Part shown: positions 39,241 through 50,795 of the stretch, piece after piece
Layout: every line of letters starts with the position of its first letter
How positions within the stretch are numbered: position 1 is the stretch's first letter
NCBI RefSeq assembly: GCF_032191835.1
Contig: NC_083226.1
Location: 21,948,001 to 22,012,000 of the forward strand
Length of the DNA: 64,000 bases
Origin: Heteronotia binoei
Lineage: Eukaryota
Reading direction: 5' to 3'
Notes under the pieces: model-generated
What the model was told of the DNA's origin: nothing
Databases searched by the model: none
What the model saw: only the letters and a program-made list of their open reading frames with translations
Made by a program: the position numbers and the translations under genes

Positions 39241-40185
39241 ATGATGGTGGTGGACAGAAACCTGTTTTCCCCGCTGGGCATATTTTTTCTAATTGTATTT
39301 GGAATCAAGTCCATTGTTTCCCTGTTAGGGAATGGATTCATCCTAGCCGTGAATGGCCAGAGCTGGCTCCGCAGCAAGAAGATGCTCCCTTGTGAGTTCC
39401 TCTTAACCATTCTGAGCCTCTCCCGTTTTCTCTTGCAGTGGGTTATTGTGAGCAGCCAATTTGTGTATTTCAGCTCTCCAGAGACATACACATATGGCAT
39501 AAATCAGCAGGCATTCTCTCTTAGCTGGATGTATTTGAACATAGCCAGTCTCTGGTGTGCCACATGGCTCAATGTCTTCTACTGTGTGAAGGTCATCAAC
39601 TTTGCCCACCAGTTCTTTGTATGGCTGAAGCCTAGAATTGGGGTATTGGTATCCAGATTCCTTGGAATATCACTACTAGCTTTCATCATCTGCTCCGTTC
39701 CTCCAATCATGACCTATTACGAAGAGAAAAACTGCCGCAATCACATCGGAACTCTAGCAGAGGACATCAGCCGAAGCGAGACTTGTGGCAGCCGTTTACT
39801 TACAAAGTTAAGTCCTCTCCAGTTCTCTTTTACTGCCATCAATTTTAGCATCTGCTTAATGGCATCCCTTGTTTTGCTTCTCTCTTTGTGGAGGCACACG
39901 AGGAATCTAAAGAAGGGTGGCCTCAGCCCCAAGGACCTCAGCACTAAGGCCCACCTCAGAGTCATGAAGCCTTTGCTTCTCTTGCTCTTCTTCTACATTG
40001 TACATTTTCCTGCCATGATCATTGTTATGGGCGATATTCTCCAGTATGGTAAGCTTGAGCGGCTGATTTCTGACATTGTCCTGGCTTCGTATCCTTCTGC
40101 TCACTCCGTCATCTTGATAGTCACCAATCCCAAGCTGAAAAAAGCATACATCCATATTCTAAACCTGAAAAGAAGTGCTTCCTAA
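39241..40185 (+). CDS. Bitter taste receptor TAS2R (TAS2R39/40-like), intact, 314 aa
   Basis: LGNGFI, LSLSRF, NIASLWCATWLNVFYCVK, FVWLKPRI, SLWRH, AHLRVMK and YPSAHSVILIVTNPKL. The ORF-track start at 39199 is TTG; the first ATG is 39241. Confidence 0.95.
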   Translation: MMVVDRNLFSPLGIFFLIVFGIKSIVSLLGNGFILAVNGQSWLRSKKMLPCEFLLTILSLSRFLLQWVIVSSQFVYFSSPETYTYGINQQAFSLSWMYLNIASLWCATWLNVFYCVKVINFAHQFFVWLKPRIGVLVSRFLGISLLAFIICSVPPIMTYYEEKNCRNHIGTLAEDISRSETCGSRLLTKLSPLQFSFTAINFSICLMASLVLLLSLWRHTRNLKKGGLSPKDLSTKAHLRVMKPLLLLLFFYIVHFPAMIIVMGDILQYGKLERLISDIVLASYPSAHSVILIVTNPKLKKAYIHILNLKRSAS

Positions 40186-40754
40186 ACAGGAGGAAAAGGT
40201 GGTGATTCTGTGTGTCTTTTTTATCTTGTCCATTTCTATTCTTTTTGTCATTCTGCCGCAAAATGCTTATAGTGCTGAAACTACGGAGCAAGCTGTCACG
40301 AGCACTGCTTTCAGTATGAACAAGTAAAGTGAAATATGCAGTGCAAGAACGGAAAGTAGTTAATGCCTACAAAACACATGATGCAGTATAACGGAACAAA
40401 ATACACATGTGCATGTTAACTATGGAGGGATAGAAAAGTGGAGAAAATTGGCACATGCACAGAAAAACAATTCCCAGATATACTGTACAGACAACTCAGT
40501 TATTCCATGCTTGCTGTCTCTTCACATTAAGCACATATCTTTAAAAAACAGGGAGAAGGGATGCGCAGATAACACAATGGATTCCTCAATCAAGATAACA
40601 GGAATGCAGTAAAACAAATTGTTTACTCCTTCACCAAAACTATGGCTCATACTTATGCAAAAAAATGTAACATTACAACCAGTCCTGAGTAAACAGCTTT
40701 CGGTAAAAACCAAATGAGATAGCTGAGACTTGAGGCAGAAAGAAAGGCTTGGTC

Positions 40755-40843
40755 ATGCAAATGGAGTCATGCCCCTCCCCATATACATGCAATGGAATGC
40801 ACAGCCTGTCATAGGTTGGAAAAATAACTTCGAGGATTTGCAT
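40755..40843. promoter_or_regulatory. Two octamer motifs upstream of the second TAS2R
   Basis: ATGCAAAT at 40755-40762 and GATTTGCATCTC (octamer 40836-40843), about 105 nt upstream of ATG 40948. Confidence 0.55.
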
Positions 40844-40947
40844 CTCTCTGTGTAACATGACCTATTTGAATACCCAGCAGATGCTCAACCAGACAGAAGC
40901 AAGCAAACTCAAAAAGAGAGACAGAACTTGGTCTGTCTTGGACAATA

Positions 40948-41901
40948 ATGAGTCACGAAATTTCATTGTCCCTTAGGACTCTTTATCTGTCCGTGTTTAG
41001 CACGATGTCCATTGTAGCCTTACTAGGGAATGGATTTATCATCGTTGTGAATGGCTACAGTTGGCTCCAGAGTCGGAAACTGATCCCTTGTGGCCTTCTC
41101 CTGACCTGTCTGAGCCTCTCCAGGTTTCTAATGCAGGGGCTTCTCATGACGAACCGATATCTCTATCTCAGCTCTCCAGGGACTTATGAGTTTAGCTGTA
41201 CGGAGCAGATCATAAACATGGCCTGGAACTACTGCAACATGGCCAGCTTCTCGAGCGACACCACTCTCAACGTCTTCTACTGCCTGAAGATCACCACCTT
41301 TGCTCACCCCCCGTTCCCCTGGTTGAAGTCGAGAATTGACAAGCTCGTGCCACAACTGCTTGCGATACCCTGCATTGCTTACGTGCTTCTCTCTCTCCCT
41401 TCGTACATAGCTTATGTGAAGGCAGGACAATGCAACGTTCTGACAGCAAACGGGACAGAGTGGAGAAACCCAAAAACCAATGAAGTGTTTAAGTTCTTGG
41501 CTCCTGCTCAGTTCACTCTCCCTGCCCTCTGTTTCGCCGTATGCTTAGCCGCGTCCATTCTTTTGTTCGTCTCTCTGTGGAGGCATACGAGGAACCTGAA
41601 AAGGAATGGCCTGGACATGAAGGATCTCAGTACTCAGGCCCATCTGAATGTCATGAGGTCTCTGTTGTGCTTCCTTGTCTTCTTTGTTGTCTATTTCGTT
41701 GTATTGAATGTTACGTTTGCACATGATTTTCGGTTCGACAGCAGTGGAGAACTGATCACCATCATTCTGATTTCTTCCTATCCTTCTGCTCATTCAATCA
41801 TCTTAATAGTGACCAATCCCAAACTGAAAGAAATGTGTGTCCGAATTCTGAACATTGTTAAAAGGTTCTCATGTTCTTCAAGCAGCGGCAGTGCCGAATA
41901 A
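40948..41901 (+). CDS. Bitter taste receptor TAS2R, divergent paralog, intact, 317 aa
   Basis: LGNGFI, LSLSRF, LNVFYCLK, FPWLKSRI, SLWRH and YPSAHSIILIVTNPKL. Confidence 0.95.
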   Translation: MSHEISLSLRTLYLSVFSTMSIVALLGNGFIIVVNGYSWLQSRKLIPCGLLLTCLSLSRFLMQGLLMTNRYLYLSSPGTYEFSCTEQIINMAWNYCNMASFSSDTTLNVFYCLKITTFAHPPFPWLKSRIDKLVPQLLAIPCIAYVLLSLPSYIAYVKAGQCNVLTANGTEWRNPKTNEVFKFLAPAQFTLPALCFAVCLAASILLFVSLWRHTRNLKRNGLDMKDLSTQAHLNVMRSLLCFLVFFVVYFVVLNVTFAHDFRFDSSGELITIILISSYPSAHSIILIVTNPKLKEMCVRILNIVKRFSCSSSSGSAE

Positions 41902-42360
41902 AGCCCGCATGAGGCAAAAGCCACCGAGCGCACAGTTTGTAAGCACTTGCTGTATTTTGTCAGGTTCTGTTTCTACGAATACCATCGTAAATGGAACTAG
42001 CATTTAGTGTCTTACTGGATGCTCCCAGAAACCTCTCCCTTTCTTCCTCAACTCTGATCCCCCTGTTTCCGATGGAACACACACACTGCATTCACATTTC
42101 AGTCCTGACCTGGCCTTTTTTTGGTTATGTTGGAGTGCTAACCTGTATTGTGAGATAATCTTTGTAATATAAACGTTGAGCATTTAGGTGTAAAATGTAC
42201 AAAGTTCAGACTCCTTAGAGAGTCTCATCTTGCCTTTTTGGGTGGTGTGGAAATACACCTACTATCTTTGTCAAAGGTCTCAAGTCCCCCATGTAGGTGA
42301 GAGCTATACAGATACATTATTTGTAGACAGGTAATCCGTGTAATGATATCTGTACTTCTA

Positions 42361-42656
42361 AAGATAAAGGTAGTCCCCTGTGCAAGCACTAAGTTGTTAT
42401 TAACCATGGGGTGACATCGTATCATGACATTTTCTTGGCAGACTTTTTACAGGGAAGTTTTCCATTGCCTTCCCCAGTCATCTAAACTTTCCCCACAGCA
42501 AGCTGGGTACTCATTTTACCAACCTTGGAAAGATGGAAAGCTTAGTGAACCTTGAGCCAGCTACTTGAAACTCAGCTTCTACCGAGATCGAACTCAGGTC
42601 ATGAGCAGAACTTGGACTGCAGTACTGCAGTTTATCACTCTGTGCCACGAGGCTCT
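42361..42656 (-). mobile_element. Sauria-SINE-like element
   Basis: Homologous to the copy at 36037. Confidence 0.8.
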
Positions 42657-43249
42657 CTTTGTCTTTCTAGCTTGCATCAAAAACCATCATTTAGGGATCG
42701 CCAACATGAATTCCATCGGAAGGAGGAGAGGTAAAAGTTTCCAGATTTGTACAGTAGTGTGGGTGGGCTACAGCTATACCGCATTTCAGCTTAGTTGCAC
42801 AAGCCATGTAGTATGCAAATAATTTTGATGCCACAAAGACTGCATGAATTCCAGACGACGTTAACATGGGAAATGACTATGAGTGGACCTTCCAACGTTG
42901 TAATTGTTAATTAAAAGGAGATGCAGGCAGGGAAGACTCCAAGTATGTTTGGAGCATTAGTGCATAGAGAAGTGTGTATCTCAGCAGGCTCATTTCTTCT
43001 GGAATGCTTCCTCGCATGCTTCTGTCTTTGCAAATCTTTGCTGTAGGCTAACAAAAGCAAAGTGTTCCCTCTACGCCAACTAAGACTTTTAAAAACGTAT
43101 TGCATACAAGAGTAGTACTTCAAGATTTCAGGAGATCTGCTGGCATATTTTCCAATGTGCTTTGTCATTTATTTTGCGGATAGTCCTTTACATCCATTAG
43201 TTCTTGTTCAATGCAGCACTATGCAGAGTAACTCCAATCTCAACCCATC

Positions 43250-43555
43250 AAAAATAGTGACCAATTTCCCACTCACCTTGTTCCAGTCTCGTTGCTCCTT
43301 TTCCCTGCGGGGCTCCTGCTGGATTTCGCACAAGCTGCCCTGAGCAGGCAAGTTGCCCCGCCCCTTTTCAAGGTCCCTCCTCAGCAGACAGAAACCGGTT
43401 TTCAAAGGATCCTGCCTGCTGTGGAGGGGACTTGAAGAGAGGCAGGGCAACTCGCTGGCCCGGGGCAGCTTGTGTGAAATCCAGCAGCAGCCCCGTGAAG
43501 AAGAAGAGAGAGAGTGGCATAAGGCGAGTGGGAAATCAGTCAGTAACTATTCACA
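43250..43555. mobile_element. Imperfect fold-back MITE
   Basis: TTTCCCACTCACCTTG...CTGCTGGATTTCGCACAAGCTGCC pairs with GGCAGCTTGTGTGAAATCCAGCAG...CATAAGGCGAGTGGGAAA. Confidence 0.6.
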
Positions 43556-44620
43556 TCCAACAGACAATGTGTACACAGGAACTCAAGAGTGATTAGGCAC
43601 AGGAAAATTCCATACACCAAAGAGTTCCGGTGGACAACTGATTGAGCTTTCTCAACTGGACAGGGAGTGAGATGAGACATGCATATGAAGGTCTGCCTCC
43701 TCTTGTCATCCTTGAGAAGACGCAGCCTTATTTTTGATACCTGACACTGAAGTAAGAGGCTTTACCCTAGCATTGTTCAGAAGGCACCATATGTTTTCGT
43801 GGGTGAGGGAATATCACATGCTTGTATGTGCTGTATCTGGCTGCATTGTTCTACTGTGCTTAATAAACCAGTTGAATGGTATATCTAACCAGTTGTGTGT
43901 GGTTTGTCTCTATCCCATTGGAATCCTAACTGAACACAATGATTAACCTTTAGAAAGGAAGAGTTACAGTTACGGAACTCCTAGGACACCAGAATATTCC
44001 CACAGAGCACTCAACACACGGGCAACAATCAAATGCCCATAATGCAAGACCAGTGGCTTGTAGCCTACCACCCTGCTTAGCAATGTTGGAAGAACTCCTG
44101 AAGCAAAAGAAGTTGTCCTCCATTGGAAGAAGCCTTCATCCAAGGAGAGCTCCTTGAACCTTCAAACTAGGCAGAACAGAGTAGTAGGATAGAAGCCATT
44201 GGTTTTGACTACATTTGGGTGACTTTAGTGCAACAACTTGCCTCACAGGATGGTTGTAAGGATCAAACAAGGAACAGAGAACAATCTGTGTTGCTCTGAG
44301 GAACTTGAAGGAGAAGAATAAGAAAAGATTGGATTTACACCCCCATACTTCACTACCTAAAGCAGTCTCAGAGTGGCTTACAATCTCCTTTCCCTTCCCC
44401 TTCCCCTCCCCTCCCCAAAACAGACACCCTGTGAGGTGCAGGCCTCATTTTGGGCAGGAACTCACAGGAGCAGAGCTCTGGAACCACTAAGTTTTTATTG
44501 TGCTCTTTCTTTCTTACCACCACACCCGAGGTTTTTTGTAGCAGGAATTCCTTTGCTTATTAGGCCACACACCGCTGATGTAGTCAATCATCTAAGAGCT
44601 TACAAGGCTCTTCTTACAGG

Positions 44621-44910
44621 AAAGGAAAGGTTCCCTGTGCAAGCACCAGTCGTTTCCGACTCTAGGGTGACGTTGCTTTCACAACATTTTCATGGCAGAC
44701 TTTTTACGAGGTGGTTTGCCTTCCCCAGTCATCTACGCTTTCCCCCCAGCAAGCTGGGTACTCATTTTACCAACCTTGAAAGGATGGAAGGCTGAGTCAA
44801 CCTTGAGCCGGCTATCTGAAAACCCAGCTTCCACCAGGGATCAAACTCAGGTCGTGAGCAGAGCTTAGGACTGCAGTACTGCAGCTTTAACTCTCTGCGC
44901 CACGGGGTCT
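44621..44910 (-). mobile_element. Sauria-SINE-like element nested in a MITE (about 44530-44940)
   Basis: Flanked by the duplication TCTTACAGG (44612-44620 and 44908-44916). Confidence 0.8.
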
Positions 44911-45212
44911 TACAGGGCCTACTGTAAAAAAAGGGGGGGAGCCCTGCCCCCCTGCAAATACTTGCTTCTGGGCTCCATTGTTCAAACCCCCTGTGAAAAT
45001 TTTGCTGAACTCTAAGATTTGATATCCTTTCTATTTCTAAAAATGGGGAAATAACCAAAGCAAGACAGATGGAAATCTTCATCATGCCACTGTGGCCACA
45101 CAGGAGAAAGTAATTTTAAAAGTATGATGGGAGTAAGGTTTTTTAATGACAATTATAATTCAAGAAGCATTTTAAGGTAGATGCTAAGCTCCTTGCTAGA
45201 ATTTCACCCTTG

Positions 45213-45620
45213 CATGAAAACATAGTCACTTTCAAACAATACATTCCACAAAGGCATCCTCATGCAGCATTAAAAGCTGATCCATGGATTGGAGAAGAAA
45301 CAATGGCTTCTATAGTCCTTCACTCCACACAGTGCTCATCTTTTCCACAGAATGTATGATGCAAAATGGAAATCCTCTTCCTGATGTCCCAAAGCACTGT
45401 GAGAATGGCCCACCGCAAGTTGTTATACTCTGGGTTGTGCAAGTCTGGAAAAAAAATCTCTGGGCAGATGTGTACAACGTGATACCTCACTGCATCACTG
45501 GTAAAAGAATACTCCATAGATTTGCATCTCACTCTCTGTACATCACGCTACAACTATTAATACAGCCCTCCAAGCCAGAGTTTTCTCTGCAAAACATCAC
45601 ACAGAACCCAGAAGAGCAAC
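45213..45620 (+). promoter_or_regulatory. Orphan copy of the TAS2R upstream module, no CDS follows
   Basis: Aligns with 47452-47870. Octamer at 45520-45527, TATTAA at 45555-45560; homology stops at about 45620. Confidence 0.75.
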
Positions 45621-46312
45621 AGTTTAATAATTACATATACGTTACATAGTCGAAACAGAGCAAGAGCTAAACTGCACAGCATCAGTAGTACTGTAATTCA
45701 TGGCAAGATCTGCTTCTTGACGTTTTTGTTGCTGCAAAAACAAGGTGGGAAGTGTTTTGATTACAGACACCTAGAAACATAAGTTTCAAAGAAAAATTTC
45801 CAGCTCTTTGCATCTCTATGTCCACCACTGCCTGTTCAGAGGATTGCCTTTTAGTCAGTTAAGTTTAACTTGCAAACATCATACATAATGCATATTTAAA
45901 AGACTACTGTCGCGGAAAAAAGAAATATACCTATTTAAACCAATGTTGCATCTACTGTTCATGACACTGAATGCCAGCAAGATGTAATAAGAAACCCAGA
46001 TTTTGTGGTTCCTGAAACATTCAGATATAACATGAACATGGCCCAATATCTTAAAAATATAGACTATCCCCCCGTATAGAAGGGCTTTTACCCTTGGCAG
46101 GTGCAATGCTATGCCATCTAAAGTAACAGAAGGGAGATATCGAAGGACCCCATACAGTGAAAGAATCTGCGCATGTCCCATGGGTGAGGTGAAAATATTC
46201 TCATTCATTGATCCCTCTATAAGGAAGTCAGGGACAAGACAATTCTCCCTATTCTGGAACAGTCTAAGGTGCTAACAGAAAAGATATATCTGGGGAAATT
46301 GTTGATTGATGA

Positions 46313-46836
46313 TAGGGTTGCCAAGTCCAATTCAAGAAATATCTGGGGACTTTGGGGGTGGAGCCAGGAGACTTTGGGGGGTGGAGCCAGGAGACATTAG
46401 GGGTGGAGCCAAGATCAAGGCTGTGACAAGCATAATTGAACTCCAAAGGGAGTTTGGGCCATCACATGTAAAGGGACGGCACACCTTTTCAATTCCTTCC
46501 TTCCATAGGAAATAATGAAGGATAGGGGCACCTTCTTTTTGGGCTCATAGAATTGGACCCCCTGGTCCAATCTTTTTGAAACTTGGAGGGTATTTTGGGG
46601 AGAGGCACTAGATGCTATCCTGAAAATTTGGTGCCTCTACCCCAAAAAACAGCCCCCCCCCCAGAACCCCAGATCAATTATCCATGGTTTTCTGTGGGAA
46701 TAAATCTCCATAGGGAATAATAGAGTTCCCAGCAGACATTTCCCTCCCCTCCCCCCGCTTTCTGACGACCCTGAAGCGGGGGGAGGGTCTCAAAACTGGG
46801 GGATCCCCTGCCCCCACCTGGGGATTGGCAACCCTA
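46313..46836 (-). mobile_element. hAT MITE, TAGGGTTGCCA family
   Basis: TAGGGTTGCCAA...TTGGCAACCCTA; TSD ATTGATGA/ATTTATGA (7/8). Confidence 0.85.
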
Positions 46837-47932
46837 ATTTATGAAATACCAGCGACCACTAGAATGACAGCTAGGTTTTGTGCCTAAGTGATCAAACAGA
46901 AGAATAGTTTTGAATAATAGTTGCTTTTCCTTTTGGTGTAGACTTTGTGGAGCTATTACAAATGACTACTGCTATGTACTAAAATTTTATCTACATTTTA
47001 ACGCTGCTGTATTATATATGGACATGTATTTTAGTAGTATACCTCTGATAAATTGGTACATTTTATTTTTTCCTTTTTTTGATGCATTTGTGCTTTTTAT
47101 CTGGTTTATGACTGTTATAATCTAGCTATCACTTATTGTTCTATAGTACAATGTAATAAAAGGCAAAAATGAAAGCAAAATTCTGTTTTCTCTTTGGAAG
47201 CAAATTGAAATGGAAAAGAGAGTGGTTGAAGACGAAAAAGTATAGAGAAGCAAAGGAAAGGAGACAAACGGAAGGGATGTGGCTGGAGGAAAAAGTGGCT
47301 GAACCAAAGAGGAACGGTGTCTAAGTTATGCTTTTTCACGCAGGGCCCAATAAAAACCGGGCTCTACATGGCACAAGGCCGTTTCTGCCCCCACTTCTAA
47401 ACTGGGCACCATCAGCATATCAGCCTTAGCTAAGAGGCCCATCCCAACTCACATGCAAACATAGTCACTTGCAGACAATACATTCTGCAATGACATCCTC
47501 CCATAACATTAAAAGATGGCTAGACTGCAGAAGAAACAATGGCTTCTACAGTACTTCATACAACACAGTGCTCATCTTTTCCACAGAATGGGTGAGTGTA
47601 TGATGCAAAATGGGAATCTTCTTCCTGATGTCCCAAAGCATTGTTGAGAACGGCCCACCACAAGTTGTTATGCTCCTTGTTGTACAAGTCTGGAAAAAAA
47701 TACCTGGGCAAATGTATACAACATGATACCTCACTGCATCATTAGTAACAGAATCCTGCAAAGATTTGCATCTCGCTCTCTATATATCATGTTACAACTA
47801 TTAATACAGCCCTCAAAACCAGAGTTTTCTCTGCAAAACATCACACAGAAACCAGAAGAGCCACAATTCATTTGCCTTGTTTCCATCTTAAGAGATTTCT
47901 CTCCAAAAATCTTAAGAGATTTCTCTCCAAAA

Positions 47933-48010
47933 ATGGTAATGATGGACAGGGATCTGTTTTCCCCACTAGGAGTCTTTTTTATCATCATTTTTGGAATTGA
48001 GTCCATTGTT
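47933..48010 (+). pseudogene. TAS2R 5' remnant (26 codons) with intact upstream module
   Basis: MVMMDRDLFSPLGVFFIIIFGIESIV, then unrelated sequence. Octamer at 47764-47771, TATTAA at 47799-47804, and a 24-bp tandem duplication just before the ATG. Confidence 0.9.
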
Positions 48011-48307
48011 TATATATGGAATTTATTACTTTTACTAACAGAAGAAACAGAACAAATGAACAATACACACACATACACATATATATGTTACTGTGATTAT
48101 ACATAAATGATCATCTTTCATGAACACAGACATGCCCACAGATAAAATGATAAACAATCATTCCTCTGTTGTGTCTAACTGCATATTATTCTGTATATTA
48201 CAATTATCAAACCAATTACAACCAGCTGTTAAGTTTCTTAAAGAACCAAAGTAAAAAAACAAGAAAATAGAATAAAGGTCAAAACAATGTTGTTGTAAGT
48301 TTGTTAC

Positions 48308-48997
48308 TAGGCTTCCCAAACCTCCCGCTTCATGTTGTAGAGCTCCTGAGCCGTTTGCAAAATGTCTGCCCCTTTAAGGCTGGACAGGAAGCAGGAAGCA
48401 GGAAGGGCTTCTGAGGACGGCCCCTCCCTTTCTTTTGCTTTCCTTTTCACAGGAAGTAGAGTTGTCCGGAGGAAGATCTGGTAAGTGTGTGTGTGTGAGA
48501 GGGAGGGGGCAGGGGATTCCCTAGTTTGGAGGCCCTCCCCCCCTTTAGAAAGCGGGGGGGGGAAATGTCTACTAGGCACTCTATTATTCCCTATGGAGAA
48601 CGATTCCCATAGGGAATAATAGGAAATTGATCCGTGGGTATTGGGGGCTTTGGGGGAGCTATTTTTTGAGGTAGAGGCACCAAATTTTTAGTATAGCATC
48701 TAGTGCCTCTCCCCAAAATACCCCCCAAGTTTCAAAACGATTGGACCAGAGGGTCCAATTCTATGAGCCCCAAAATATGGTGCCCCTATCCTTAATTATT
48801 TCCTATGGAAGAAAGGCATTTTAAAAGGTGTGCTGTCTCTTTAAATGTGATGGCCAGAACTCCCTTGGAGTTCAATTATGCTTGTCACATCCTTGTTCTT
48901 GGCTCCACCCCCAATGTCTCCTGGCTCCACCCCCAAAGTCTCCTGGCTCCACCCCCAAAGTCCCCAGATTTTTCTCTAATTTGACTTGGCAACCCTA
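48308..48997 (+). mobile_element. hAT MITE, TAGGCTTCCCA/TTGGCAACCCTA family
   Basis: Perfect TSD TTTGTTAC. Confidence 0.9.
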
Positions 48998-49221
48998 TTT
49001 GTTACACCGGGGTGTTTTGGCCTTTATTCTATTTTCTTGTTTTTTTACTTTGGTTTTTTAAGAAACTTAACAGATGGTTGTAATTGGTAGATATAAGGCT
49101 TAATGTGCAAGCGGTTAGTTGAGAATTTCTCCAGGTTGGGTGCTGTGTGTTAGTGATCCTATGACAAATTATGTGAATAATAAAATGACTATTTTGTATT
49201 TGGAAACATTGTAAGTACTGG

Positions 49222-49692
49222 CAGAGACTGACCAAGAGAGAGATCTTGGGGTCGTGGTAGATAACTCACTGAAAATGTCAAGACAGTGTGCGTTTGCAAT
49301 AAAAAAGGCCAACACCATGCTGGGAATTATTAGGAAGGGAATTGAAAACAAATCAGCCGGTATCATAATGCCCCTGTATAAATCGATGGTGCGGTCTCAT
49401 TTGGAGTACTGTGTGCAGTTCTGGTCGCCGCACCTCAAAAAGGATATTATAGCATGGGAGAAAGTCCAGAAAAGGGCAACTAGAATGATTAAAGGGCTGG
49501 AACACTTTCCCTATGAAGAAAGGTTGAAACGCTTGGGGCTCTTTAGCTTGGAGAAACATCAACTGCGGGGTGACATGATAGAGGTTTACAAGATAATGCA
49601 TGGTATGGAGAAAGTAGAGAAAGAAGTACTTTTCTCCCTTTCTCACAATACAAGAACTCGTGGGCATTCGATGAAATTGCTGAGCAGACAGG
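49222..49692 (+). mobile_element. CR1 LINE ORF2 3' fragment
   Basis: ERDLGV, KKANTMLGIIRK, RSHLEYCVQFWSP, EKVQKRATRMIKGL and LGLFSLEK. Confidence 0.92.
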
Positions 49693-50119
49693 TTGTGATT
49701 GCAGTTCCCAAACTGGCGTGGCTGCAACTAGACTGCCGCTTCTGCCCACTTTCAGAGAATCCTTCTTCAGGCAGCTCACCAAGGGATACAGTTTCAATTT
49801 GGCTCTGCTCTGCTTATCTCCAGGGATCAAGCACGGCTCCACACTTCTCTTTCTCCTTAGCTTCTACTTATCTGCAATTCGCCTGCATTGGTGAACTGGA
49901 CTTCAGGAAGTCCTACAAATGAAGAAAAACACTGAACATTGTAAAATGGACTGTGAAATAATTTCAAATTAATGTGGAAAGTATTGTGATTTAAAATATT
50001 GTTTTCAATATATATTAGTTAAAGCTCTCACGGAGTGTCCTCTTATATACCTCACACCAGGTCGGCTCCTGCCTCGCCAGATGACACCACCGCTGCCTGG
50101 CCGCCCATCCAGAGACTGA

Positions 50120-50385
50120 GGGCGTTTTCCCACAGAGCTTACCTCGGAGCGACGTCCCTCTTCACGGCGCAGCGTCTGCGCGGATTTCCCACCAACTGCT
50201 CTGCAGAACCAGGAAGTGCCGGACCTTTTGCGTCGCAGATGTAAACCGCTAAAAACCAGTTTACGTTAGCGATGCAAAAGCCGCAGCTCTTCCTGGTTAT
50301 GCGGAGCAGTTGGTGGGAAATCCGCGTAGACGCTGCGCGGTGAAGAGGGACGTCGCTCCGAGGTAAGCTCTGTGGGAAAACGCCC
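50120..50385. mobile_element. Fold-back MITE, PIF/Harbinger-like
   Basis: About 100-bp near-perfect TIRs GGGCGTTTTCCCACAGAGCTTACC; 3-bp flank TGA on both sides; CpG-rich. Confidence 0.75.
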
Positions 50386-50795
50386 TGAGCCGCTGAGCCT
50401 CTTCCTCCACTTCCTCCTCTTCTGGTATGCAGTAGCCCACCCTTGCCAAGAGATGGCACCGTAAGCAGTGGCCTACTTGGCTGACACCTTAGCACCAGCT
50501 CTGCCTGGGCTGCAGAAAAAAAAGTCCCTAAATTGGAATGTTTATCTCTTCGCCCCCCCCCCCGCCCCCCTCACTCCAGATTTAAAGCAATAGTTCTAAT
50601 TGCTGGAAATATGTGTATAACTTGATACCTGGCTGCATCATTAGTAACAGAATCCTTCCTCAGATTTGCATCTCACTCTCTAAATATCGTGCCACGACTA
50701 TTAATAAAGCCCTCAAAGCCAGAGTTTTCTCTGCAAAACATCACAAAGGAATCAGGAAAGACACAATTTAATTCGTCTGGTTCCCAAATACGGCA

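Noticed and set aside
42911-43250. Possible additional receptor remnant (hydrophobic stretches FLLECFLAC, YFPMCFVIYF)
   Set aside because: There are in-frame stops, no diagnostic TAS2R or OR motif in correct spacing, and no upstream module.
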